Shown: piece after piece, positions 25,711 through 34,385 of the stretch
Position numbering within the stretch: the stretch's first letter is position 1
Layout: each line of letters begins with the position of its first letter
Source: Candidatus Limnocylindrales bacterium
GTDB taxonomy: Bacteria; Chloroflexota; Limnocylindria; Limnocylindrales; CSP1-4
NCBI GenBank assembly: GCA_035693125.1
Contig: DASSHB010000031.1
Coordinates: 29,864-93,863, forward strand
DNA: 64,000 nucleotides
Reading direction: 5' to 3'
Program-made: the position numbers and the translations under genes
The notes under the pieces: generated by a model
Database searches by the model: none
Seen by the model: only the letters and a program-made list of their open reading frames with translations
Told to the model about the DNA's origin: nothing

Positions 25711-28173
25711 GTGGTGGAGCATGCCCGGGCGGTGATCATCGGCGGCGGCGTCGGCGGGACGTCGGTCGCCTACCACCTCGCCGAGCGCGGCTGGCGGGAC
25801 GTCGTCCTGGTCGACCGCGCGGAGCTGACGTCGGGATCGACATTCCACTCGGCCGGGCTGGTCGGCCAGCTCCGGAGCTCGGTGACCCTGACGACGATGA
25901 TGATGTCCGGGGCGTCGCTCTACCGCCGGCTGAAGGAGCTGACCGGGGTCGATCCGTCGTGGCACGAGGTGGGATCGCTCCGGCTCGCCTCCTCTCCGGC
26001 CCGCTTCGAGGAGCTCCAGCGCCAGGCGAGCTGGGCGAAGACCTTCGGGCTGCCGCTCGAGCTGATCAGCGCGCGCGAGGCACAGGATCGGTTCCCGCTG
26101 ATGTCGACCGAGGGCGTGCTCGGCGCGGTCTGGCTCCCGACCGACGGCTGGCTGGATCCCTCAGGACTCGCGATGGCCCTGGCGGCCGGCGCCCGCCAGA
26201 AGGGCGTCGCGATCCGGACGAACACCCGGGTCGTCGCCGTGGGCGTGGAGCGTGGCCGGGTGACGGGCGTGACGGTCGAGCTCCGGGACGGCTCGCGGGA
26301 GGAGATCCGCGCCGATGTCGTCGTCAACGCGGGCGGGATGTTCGCCCCGGAGATCGGCCGGCTGGCCGGCGTGACGATCCCGATCATCCCGATGGCCCAC
26401 CAGTACCTGTTCACCGAGCCGATGGACGGCGTCCATTCGGGCCTGCCGCAGCTCCGCGACCCGGACAACCTCGTCTACTTCCGGGAGGAGGTCGGCGGCC
26501 TGTGCATGGGCGGCTACGAGCGCGAGCCGGCGCCGTGGTCGCTGGACGGCGTGCCAGCCGATTTCAACGGGAAGCTGCTCGCCCCCGACTGGCCCCGCTT
26601 CGAGCCGATCATGGCCGGCGCGGTCCGGCGGGTCCCGTCGATCGAGGGCGCCGGGGTCTCACGGGTGATCAACGGCCCCGAGGGGTTCACGCCCGACAAC
26701 GAGTTCATCCTGGGCGAGTCGGACGTCCGCGGCTTCTTCGTCGCGGCCGGCTTCTCGGCGCACGGGATCGCGGGCGCCGGCGGCGTGGGCCGCCAGGCCG
26801 CGAGCTGGATCGTGGACGGCGAGCCCGAGCTCGACCTGTGGCACATGGACATCCGCCGCTTCGGCGGGGCGCACTGGCGCTCGCGCGAATGGACGCTCGC
26901 CCGGACGACCGAGGTGTACGCGACCTACTACGACATCCACTACCCGAACGAGGAGCGTCAGGCGGGCCGTCCGCTGCGCGTCTCGCCGACCTACGAGCGG
27001 CTTGCGGCGGCCGGAGCCGTCTTCGGCGAGAAGTCCGGCTGGGAACGGGTGAACTGGTTCGGCCCGAACGCCGACGACGCGCGGTTCGGCGGACGGCCCG
27101 CCCTCGAGGCCCTCCGGCCCCGCGGCTGGGCCGGCCAGCATTGGGATCCGGCCATCGCGGCGGAGTCGCTGGCGACCCGGCGTGATGCAGCCCTCTTCGA
27201 CGAGACGAGCTTTGCCAAGCTCGAGGTCGTCGGGCCGGGGGCCGCCGCGTTCCTCCAGACGATGGCCGCCAACGACATCGACGTCCCGGTCGGCCGGATC
27301 GTCTACTCCTCGCTCCTCAACCGGCGGGGCGGAATCGAGTGCGACCTGACGATCACCCGGATCGCGCCCGACCGGTTCTTCCTCGTCACGGGAACGGCCT
27401 TCGGGCAGCACGATCTCGCCTGGCTGCGGATCCACCTGCCCGACGACGGCTCGGTCCAGCTCAACGACCTGACGTCGGGGCGCGTCTGCTTCGGTCTGTG
27501 GGGCCCGCGAGCCCGAGAGGTCCTCGGGCCGCTCACGACGGACGACCTCTCCAGCGGCGCGTTCCCGTACCTGACCGGCCGGCCGATCACGGTCGGGCGC
27601 GTGCCGGTGCTCGCCCTGCGCGTGACGTACGTCGGCGAGCTGGGCTGGGAGCTCTATGCCCAGAGCGAGTTCGGGCCGGCGCTCTGGGACACGCTCGTCG
27701 AGGCGGGCCGGCCGCACGGCCTCACCCTGGCCGGCTACCGGGCGATCGACGCGCTCCGGCTCGAGAAGGGCTATCGGGTGTGGTCGAGCGACATCACACC
27801 GGACGAGACGCCGTTCGAGGCGGGCCTCGGGTTCGCCGTGGCCCTCGACAAGGGCGTCGACTTCATCGGGCGGGAGGCGCTCATCGCGGCGAAGGCGGCC
27901 GGACCCAGGAAGCGGCTGCGCTGCCTGGTCCTCGACGATCCCCGCTCGATCTGCCTGGGCAACGAGCCGGTCAGGATCGGCGGCGAGATCGTGGGCCGGG
28001 TCACGAGCGGCGGCTATGGCTACGCCGTGGAGCGGTCCATCGCCTATGCCTACCTGCCGCCGGACGCCCCGATCGGGACACGCGGCGAGATCGACGTCTT
28101 CGGCGAATGGATCGGGTTCGAGGCGGTCCGCGAGCCCTTGTGGGATCCAGCGAACGAGCGGATCCGGGCCTGA
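25711..28173 (+). CDS. FAD-dependent oxidoreductase fused to a GcvT aminomethyltransferase domain (dimethylglycine/sarcosine dehydrogenase-like)
   Basis: N-terminal dinucleotide-binding motif VIIGGGVGGTSVAYHLA, a DAO-type domain, and a C-terminal GcvT-like domain (..YRAIDALRLEKGYRVW.., ..TSGGYGYAVERSIAYAY..). TACGCT lies 6 nt upstream of the GTG, so the gene appears leaderless. Confidence 0.9.
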   Translation: MVEHARAVIIGGGVGGTSVAYHLAERGWRDVVLVDRAELTSGSTFHSAGLVGQLRSSVTLTTMMMSGASLYRRLKELTGVDPSWHEVGSLRLASSPARFEELQRQASWAKTFGLPLELISAREAQDRFPLMSTEGVLGAVWLPTDGWLDPSGLAMALAAGARQKGVAIRTNTRVVAVGVERGRVTGVTVELRDGSREEIRADVVVNAGGMFAPEIGRLAGVTIPIIPMAHQYLFTEPMDGVHSGLPQLRDPDNLVYFREEVGGLCMGGYEREPAPWSLDGVPADFNGKLLAPDWPRFEPIMAGAVRRVPSIEGAGVSRVINGPEGFTPDNEFILGESDVRGFFVAAGFSAHGIAGAGGVGRQAASWIVDGEPELDLWHMDIRRFGGAHWRSREWTLARTTEVYATYYDIHYPNEERQAGRPLRVSPTYERLAAAGAVFGEKSGWERVNWFGPNADDARFGGRPALEALRPRGWAGQHWDPAIAAESLATRRDAALFDETSFAKLEVVGPGAAAFLQTMAANDIDVPVGRIVYSSLLNRRGGIECDLTITRIAPDRFFLVTGTAFGQHDLAWLRIHLPDDGSVQLNDLTSGRVCFGLWGPRAREVLGPLTTDDLSSGAFPYLTGRPITVGRVPVLALRVTYVGELGWELYAQSEFGPALWDTLVEAGRPHGLTLAGYRAIDALRLEKGYRVWSSDITPDETPFEAGLGFAVALDKGVDFIGREALIAAKAAGPRKRLRCLVLDDPRSICLGNEPVRIGGEIVGRVTSGGYGYAVERSIAYAYLPPDAPIGTRGEIDVFGEWIGFEAVREPLWDPANERIRA

Positions 28174-29024
28174 TGGAGGACGTCCGCGCCGAGGGTGCCG
28201 CCTGGTCGGCGGGTCGCCGGCGGGCCGATCCGTCCGAGCTCGCCGACTGGCTGGCGTTCTGTCATGAGACCTGCGACGAGGCCGATCGGATCGCCCTGGA
28301 GGCGTTCCGGACCGAGCTGCTCGTGGAGCGCAAGTCCGACGGCTCGTTCGTCACGGCGGCCGATCGTGCGGTCGAACGCGTGATCCGCGACCGGATCGAG
28401 GCCCGCTATCCGGGGCACGGGCTGATCGGGGAGGAGTACGGCGAGTCGGAGGGCGCCGCCCGCGAGCGCTGGTACATCGACCCGATCGACGGCACCCACA
28501 ATTTCCTGCGGGGCCTGCCGGTGTTCGGGACGTTGCTCGCCGTGGAGCGCGACGGCGAGATCCAGGTGGGGATGATGAGCGCGCCGGCGCTCGGCCAGCG
28601 CTGGTACGCCTGGCGCGGCGGCGGGGCGTGGGTCGTGGGCGGACCCGCGAACCCGGCAACGCCGCGCCGGCTGCGCGTCTCGACGGTCGGGGAGCTGGAT
28701 CGGGCGCAGGTCCTCTTCCGCTCGATCCGCGACATGGAGGCCTCCCGGGTGGCGCCGGGCTTCGATCGCCTGATCCACCAGGCCTGGCGCGAGCGGGGGT
28801 TCGGCGACTTCTGGGGCTACACGCTGATCGCGGACGGCGTCGCCGAGGCGGTCCTCGAGCAGGACCTCCACCCATGGGACCTCGCGGCGCCGTGGATCAT
28901 CGTGGAGGAGGCGGGCGGGCGGATCACCGACTTCGACGGGCGGCGCAGCCTGGAGCGAGGGGAGGGGTTCGCGTCGAACGGTCTCCTCCACGACACGGTC
29001 GCGGCGATCCTGCGGGACGGTTGA
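28173..29024 (+). CDS. Inositol-monophosphatase family protein (HisN / histidinol-phosphatase-like)
   Basis: The ATG overlaps the upstream stop (TGATG). Motifs FVTAADRAVE, GEEYG, WYIDPIDGTHNF and HPWDLAAPWIIVEEAGG. Confidence 0.85.
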   Translation: MEDVRAEGAAWSAGRRRADPSELADWLAFCHETCDEADRIALEAFRTELLVERKSDGSFVTAADRAVERVIRDRIEARYPGHGLIGEEYGESEGAARERWYIDPIDGTHNFLRGLPVFGTLLAVERDGEIQVGMMSAPALGQRWYAWRGGGAWVVGGPANPATPRRLRVSTVGELDRAQVLFRSIRDMEASRVAPGFDRLIHQAWRERGFGDFWGYTLIADGVAEAVLEQDLHPWDLAAPWIIVEEAGGRITDFDGRRSLERGEGFASNGLLHDTVAAILRDG

Positions 29025-29122
29025 CCGGCGCAGCGACGGTGGCGATCGGCGGCCGCGGCTTCGGCCGTCGATGATCGGCAGGCCCTCGATCTCGTCGGGC
29101 GGGCGGCACGCCCCCGAGGCCT

Positions 29123-29146
29123 GAATCCGGGGCTTCGGCCGGATTC
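29123..29146 (+). terminator. Stem-loop with a cUUCGg-type loop after the IMPase gene
   Basis: GAATCCGG(G)GC-TTCG-GCCGGATTC. It sits immediately upstream of the TTGACA of the next promoter. There is no long U tract, only ATT. Confidence 0.45.
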
Positions 29147-29147
29147 A

Positions 29148-29184
29148 TTGACATGACGACAGACGTCTGACATCTTACGTCTTG
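29148..29184 (+). promoter_or_regulatory. Candidate promoter plus operator of the RLP cluster regulator (leaderless geometry)
   Basis: TTGACA (29148-29153), a 17-nt spacer containing the palindrome CAGACGTCTG, CATCTT, then 7 nt to the GTG at 29184. It contains AGACGTCT (29161-29168) and ATCTTACGTCTTG (29172-29184). Confidence 0.45.
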
Positions 29185-29939
29185 TGGTCACGAGCTCGCG
29201 CGTTCCGAAGGTCCGCACGCCGCGCTTCGTGGAGGTCCGCGGCGAGGTCCTGACCGACCTGACGTCGAGCTATCAGCCGGGAGACCGCTTGCCATCCGAG
29301 CCCGAGCTGGCCTCGGCCTACGGCGTGAGCCGGCCCACCATCCGGGACGTGCTGCGGAGCCTCGAGGGGGACGGCCTGGTCCGGCGCGTCCACGGCGTCG
29401 GGACGTTCGTGACGCAGATCCGGCCGCCGGTGTCCAGCCGGTTCGACCTGGATCTGGGCGTCACCGAGGCGGTCGCCGCCGCCCATCAGCGGCTGGGCGT
29501 CCAGCTCCTCCGCGCCTCCGTGGAGCCCGCGCCGCCCTCGATCGCCGAGCGCCTCGAGCTGGCCGGGTCCGCCGCCGTCCTCTGGGTGGAGCGGGTCATC
29601 CGGGTCAACGACATCCCGGCGGCGCACGCGATCGACGCGATCCCGACCGCGGTGGCCGGATCGGCGAGCTATGACGGCGGCTCGGTCTACCGCTTCCTCG
29701 AGGAATCGTGCGGCCTGGTGCTCGTCGGCGGCCAGGCCGACGTCACCGCGGTGAGCGCGGACCGCTCGCTGGCCCGGCTCCTCGGGACGGCGCCCGGCGC
29801 CCCGCTCCTCCGGATCGATCAGGTCGAGCGCTCGACGACGGATCGACCGGTCCTGTACTCCGCCGAGCACTACGTGCCGACCGTCCTGAACCTCAGCGTT
29901 CGCCGCGTCCGGCACGCCCGGCCCGGCGACGAGCGCTGA
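29184..29939 (+). CDS. GntR-family transcriptional regulator, HutC subfamily (UTRA effector domain)
   Basis: wHTH motif LPSEPELASAYGVSRPTIRDVLRSLEGDGLVRRVHGVGTFV followed by a UTRA-like C-terminal domain. Confidence 0.85.
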   Translation: MVTSSRVPKVRTPRFVEVRGEVLTDLTSSYQPGDRLPSEPELASAYGVSRPTIRDVLRSLEGDGLVRRVHGVGTFVTQIRPPVSSRFDLDLGVTEAVAAAHQRLGVQLLRASVEPAPPSIAERLELAGSAAVLWVERVIRVNDIPAAHAIDAIPTAVAGSASYDGGSVYRFLEESCGLVLVGGQADVTAVSADRSLARLLGTAPGAPLLRIDQVERSTTDRPVLYSAEHYVPTVLNLSVRRVRHARPGDER

Positions 29940-30056
29940 CCCAGCGGTCTCGATGGAGAAGGGAGGCCGGATGCGGGATTCCTAGACCCAACACGGAGGG
30001 TGGGGCGCGCGCCACGGGCCGCGCCGTCAGCGTCGGAAGGGGGAGGAGAGGTCCAC

Positions 30057-31559
30057 ATGTCCCTGTCCCGCGCGTCCGAAGCGGAGCACGATGACGACCG
30101 CGAGCTGCGGTCGTTCGGCTACGAACCGCAGCTGAACCGGTCGATGGGCCTGTTCAGCTCCCTGTCGATCTCGATCTCGTGCATGTGCATCACGGCCGGG
30201 ATCTTCACCGTCTACGCCTACTCGCTCGGCACGGTCGGGCCCGCGTTCATCTGGACGTGGCCGATCGTCGCCCTCGGCCAGATCATCGTCGCCTTGGTCC
30301 TCGCCGATCTGGCGGGACGGATGCCGTTGAGCGGCTATGCCTTCCAGTGGACGAGCCGGCTCGTGAACTCGCATTACGGCTGGTTCACCGGCTGGGCCGG
30401 GCTCATGGCGTTCACCCCCGGCTTCACCGGGTTGAACCTCGGCCTCTCACCGATCCTGCTCAACCGGCTCGGGATCGGGATCGACGCGACCTCGATCATG
30501 GTCACGACGATCTTGCTGACGCTCAGCCAGCTGTTGATCAACCTGGCCGGGGTCAGGATCGCGTCCCGCATCAACAACATCGCCGCGTACACGGCCGAGC
30601 TGGGCCTGTCGGTCGTCCTGACGGTCATCCTGCTCGTCGTCGGCTTCGTGACGAACCCCGTCCAGAGCGTCTCGTTCCTGACGACGTCGAGCGTGACCGA
30701 CGGCGGGTTCCTGACCGCGTTCCTCCTATCCGGCCTGCTCGGGATCTGGGTCCTCACCGGGTTCGAGGGTGCCGCGGACCTCGCCGAGGAGACGCAGGGC
30801 GCCCGACGCAACGTGCCCAAGGCGGTCGTCACCTCGCTGATCCTCGCCGTCGTGATCGGCTTCTTCATGCTGATCGCGCTGACGATCAACATCCGGAACC
30901 TCGGCGAGACGACGGGTGCCGCCGTCCCGATCGCCAATGTCCTGGAGGGCGCCCTCGGATCGACCGGCGCGATCATCTTCGAGGCGGTCGCGATGGTCGC
31001 CCTGTATGCCGGCGGCCTCGCCAACATGGCCGCGTCGTCGCGGCTCATCTTCTCGCTGTCGCGGGATCGGATGCTGCCGCGTTCGCAGGCGCTGGCCTCG
31101 GTGTCGCGGCGGACGGGCTCGCCCTCGGGCGCCCTCCTCCTTGCGGCTGGGCTCTCGATCGCCCTCGTCGTGATCGGCTCGACGATCGCCACCCAGGCGA
31201 TGTCACTGATCGTCGGCATGGCATCGGTCGGCTACTACGCGGTGTACGCCCTGACGATCCTCGGTGCGATCCTGGCCGCGCGGCGCGGCCTCCTGAAGGC
31301 TCGGAGCTCCTTCGATCTGGGTTCGTGGGCCGTGCCGATCCGCTGGATCGCGCTGATCTGGTCGCTGCTCGTGATCGCCGTCCTGACGATCCCGACCGCG
31401 AACCAGCAGACCGCGCTGATGGCGGGTGGGTTCTTCGTGATTGCGATCGTCTGGTACGTGGCGGTGCTTCGGGGCCGTCTCGTTCGAGGCCAGGCCGGGG
31501 TCCCCGACGCCGCCGGCGAGATGCCGGTGGCAGCCATCCCCGCCGAATCGACGATCTGA
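30057..31559 (+). CDS. APC-superfamily amino acid/amine permease
   Basis: ATG at 30057 behind GGGGGAGGAGAGG, with 12 or more hydrophobic segments. It is a paralogue of 21938..23551. Confidence 0.88.
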   Translation: MSLSRASEAEHDDDRELRSFGYEPQLNRSMGLFSSLSISISCMCITAGIFTVYAYSLGTVGPAFIWTWPIVALGQIIVALVLADLAGRMPLSGYAFQWTSRLVNSHYGWFTGWAGLMAFTPGFTGLNLGLSPILLNRLGIGIDATSIMVTTILLTLSQLLINLAGVRIASRINNIAAYTAELGLSVVLTVILLVVGFVTNPVQSVSFLTTSSVTDGGFLTAFLLSGLLGIWVLTGFEGAADLAEETQGARRNVPKAVVTSLILAVVIGFFMLIALTINIRNLGETTGAAVPIANVLEGALGSTGAIIFEAVAMVALYAGGLANMAASSRLIFSLSRDRMLPRSQALASVSRRTGSPSGALLLAAGLSIALVVIGSTIATQAMSLIVGMASVGYYAVYALTILGAILAARRGLLKARSSFDLGSWAVPIRWIALIWSLLVIAVLTIPTANQQTALMAGGFFVIAIVWYVAVLRGRLVRGQAGVPDAAGEMPVAAIPAESTI

Positions 31560-31653
31560 CCCCTTCGGCGGCGCGGGCCCTTTGTGGTCCGCGCCGCTCT
31601 CACCGCACCGATCCGGGTCCGCGTCCGCGGCCCGCCCCGCTCCGAGGAGACCG

Positions 31654-32832
31654 ATGAGCCCGACCGCGATCGAGGACTACCTGCGACCCGGCATCGCCTC
31701 GGCGTCGCCGTACGACGCCCGACACCACGACTTCGCCTGGCGCCACCGCGAGCTCGACCGGCTGATGTCGAACGAATGCCCGTTGCCGCCGTCCCCGACC
31801 GTGATCGCCGCCGCGACGGCCGCCCTCCAGATCGCGAACTTCTACCCGAACTCGGGCGAGGACCTCCGGGCCGCGGTTGCCCGCTTCAATGGTGTCGACG
31901 CCGCAAGCGTGATCCTCGGCAACGGCTCGACTGAGGTGCTCGATGTCGTGACCCGCGCGTTCGTCGGCCCGGGCGACGAGGTCGTGATCTCCGTCCCGAC
32001 GTACGCCTTCTTCGAGTCCCAGACACGGCTCTACGGCGGAGAGCCGCTGCTGATCCCGATGACGGACGACTTCCGGTTCGACGTGCCCGCGATCCTCGAC
32101 GCCGTCACCGGGCGGACGAAGGCGATCTTCCTGTGCAGCCCGAACAACCCGACGGGCAACAGCTGGACCGCGCAAGAGCTCGAGGCGGTCCTCGGGGCCG
32201 GCGTCCCGACGGTCGTCGATCAGGCCTACCTGGAGTGCGGCTGGGCGCCGTCGTTCGCCCCGCTCGTGGCGCGCCACCCGAACCTGATCGTGACCCGGAC
32301 GATGTCGAAGGCGTTCGGACTGGCGGCCCTCCGGCTCGGTTACGGGATCGCCGCGCCCACCCTCGTCGACGCCTTCCTCCGGCTGCGGATCCCGTTCAGC
32401 CTGAGCCTCGTGGCGCTCCGGGCCGGGCTCGCGGCGATGGACCACCCCGAAGAGCTCGAGGAGCGCCGCGCCTTCATCTCCACCGAGCGCGATCGGGTGT
32501 TCGCCGCCCTGGATCAGATGCCGGGGGTGCGACCGTTCCCGTCCGCGGGCAACTTCATCCTGATCGACGTCTCGGCGACCGGCCGGACGAGCGGCGAGAT
32601 CGTCGAGTTCGCCCGGCGCGAGAACATGCTCCTGCGGGCGATGACGGCACACCGCCTGAAGGACGCGTTCGTCCGGGTCACGATCGGCACCGTCGACCAG
32701 AACGATCGGTTCGTCGACGTCTTCACCCGGGCGATCGCGGGCGGCCCCCAGGTGCCTGCCCCGGCCGACACGGGCGGAGCGATGACCCGCCTCGTGGCTC
32801 GCGACCGTGCGGACGCACCGCTCGGCGCATGA
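31654..32832 (+). CDS. Class I/II (HisC-family) pyridoxal-phosphate aminotransferase
   Basis: ATG at 31654 behind GAGGAGA. Motifs NECPLPPSP, YPNSGEDLR, CSPNNPTG, and the PLP-lysine motif TRTMSKAFGLAALRLGY. It is histidinol-phosphate-aminotransferase-like. Confidence 0.85.
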   Translation: MSPTAIEDYLRPGIASASPYDARHHDFAWRHRELDRLMSNECPLPPSPTVIAAATAALQIANFYPNSGEDLRAAVARFNGVDAASVILGNGSTEVLDVVTRAFVGPGDEVVISVPTYAFFESQTRLYGGEPLLIPMTDDFRFDVPAILDAVTGRTKAIFLCSPNNPTGNSWTAQELEAVLGAGVPTVVDQAYLECGWAPSFAPLVARHPNLIVTRTMSKAFGLAALRLGYGIAAPTLVDAFLRLRIPFSLSLVALRAGLAAMDHPEELEERRAFISTERDRVFAALDQMPGVRPFPSAGNFILIDVSATGRTSGEIVEFARRENMLLRAMTAHRLKDAFVRVTIGTVDQNDRFVDVFTRAIAGGPQVPAPADTGGAMTRLVARDRADAPLGA

Positions 32833-34385
32833 CCGTTCTCGCCTGGGACATCGGGACGAGCGGTGTCAAGGCCGTGGTCGTCGATCGGTCGGGCCGCATC
32901 CTGGCCGCCGCCCGGCGGAGCTACGGCCTCGTCACGCGCGCGGACGGTTGGGTGGAGCAGGATCTCGACGCGATCGAGGCGGCGATCGGCGAGGCGACCC
33001 GCGAGCTGCTGACGGACCCGCTCTGCCGGGCTGGCGACGTCGAGGCGATCGGGCTGACCGCGCAGATGTTCGATCTCGCTGCGGTCGACGCCGACGGCCG
33101 CCAGACGATCCCGATGCTCAGCTGGCTCGACCAGCGGGCGGTCGGGGAAGCCGAGGCACTGGCCGCGGTCGTCGATCGCCGGCGACAGGCGCAGCTCTTC
33201 GGCTCGATCGTCACCGCGAAGGACGTGATCCCGAAGATCGCCTGGCTCCGCGACCAGCGGCCGGACGCCTGGCGACGGACGCGCTGGCTGCTCGACTGCA
33301 AGGAGGCCATCGTCCTCCGCCTCACCGGGCGGGCGGTGATCGATCCCGCCGGGGCGCTCGCGTTCCGCCTGGCCGATCCGCTCTCGGCATCGTGGTCCGC
33401 CGCTGCCTGCGCGGCCGCCGGGGTACCCCTCGAGCGCCTTCCGGCGATCGAGCCGGCGAGCACGGTCGCCGGAACCCTCCTGCCCGAGGTCGCGGCCCGG
33501 CTGGGCCTGGGTGCCGCGGTCCCCGTGGTGGTCGGGGCCGGGGATGTCCCCGCCAGCCAGCTCGGCGCAGGCGCGACGGATCCCGGCGACGCCCACGTCA
33601 GCCTGGGAACCGCGGTCTATTTCGGGATCACGGTCGACCGGCCCCTCGCCGACCCGGCGGGCCAGCTGGGCGTGATCGGCCACGCCGACCCGCGCCTGTT
33701 CATCCTGTGGCTGGAGGTGGCGACCGGCGGTGGCGCCCTGTCGTGGCTGCTCCGGGCGCTCGGCGACGGCGCGGAGCCCGACGCGGCCGCCCTGGCCGGG
33801 CTGGACCGGGAGGTGGCCGGGGTCGCCGCCGAGATGGACGATCTCGTCTTCGCCCCGTGGCTCAGTGGCGAACGCGTTCCGGTCTTCGACGACCGGATCC
33901 GGGGCGCCTTCGTCGGACTGGGGCTCCGTCATGGGCGCGGCCACCTCCTCCGAGCGCTGATGGAGGGCGTCGCCTACCAGATGCGCTGGGCCCTCGACTA
34001 CGGCGAGCGCTTCGGCCCGGCGGTCGGCGAGGTGCGCGGCGTCGGCGGTGGGTTCATCGGAACGAGCTGGACCCAGATCATCGCCGATGTGCTCGACCGG
34101 CCGATCCTGTCGATCCGCCATCCGCAGGACGCAGCCGCTGTCGGGGCGGCCGCCTGCGCCCTCGTCGCCATCGGGGCCCAGTCCGACCTGCGCTTCGTGC
34201 GCGAGATCGCCGAGGTCGAACGGACGCACCGGCCGGATCCTGCGAATCGCGCGCGTCTCGATGCGGGATACGCCCGCTTCCGGCAGCTGTACGAGGCCCT
34301 CGCCCCGCTGTTCTCGGGCGAGCCCGCCCGGGACACGCCGGCCGTGGCTGTTCCGCCGGCGCTCGAATCGGCGGCGGCGCCGTGA
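32829..34385 (+). CDS. FGGY-family carbohydrate kinase (xylulokinase-like)
   Basis: MTVLAWDIGTSGVKAVVVD, GAGDVPASQLGAGA and VGGGFIGTSWTQIIADVLDRPI. It has an ATGA overlap with the aminotransferase stop. Confidence 0.88.
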   Translation: MTVLAWDIGTSGVKAVVVDRSGRILAAARRSYGLVTRADGWVEQDLDAIEAAIGEATRELLTDPLCRAGDVEAIGLTAQMFDLAAVDADGRQTIPMLSWLDQRAVGEAEALAAVVDRRRQAQLFGSIVTAKDVIPKIAWLRDQRPDAWRRTRWLLDCKEAIVLRLTGRAVIDPAGALAFRLADPLSASWSAAACAAAGVPLERLPAIEPASTVAGTLLPEVAARLGLGAAVPVVVGAGDVPASQLGAGATDPGDAHVSLGTAVYFGITVDRPLADPAGQLGVIGHADPRLFILWLEVATGGGALSWLLRALGDGAEPDAAALAGLDREVAGVAAEMDDLVFAPWLSGERVPVFDDRIRGAFVGLGLRHGRGHLLRALMEGVAYQMRWALDYGERFGPAVGEVRGVGGGFIGTSWTQIIADVLDRPILSIRHPQDAAAVGAAACALVAIGAQSDLRFVREIAEVERTHRPDPANRARLDAGYARFRQLYEALAPLFSGEPARDTPAVAVPPALESAAAP

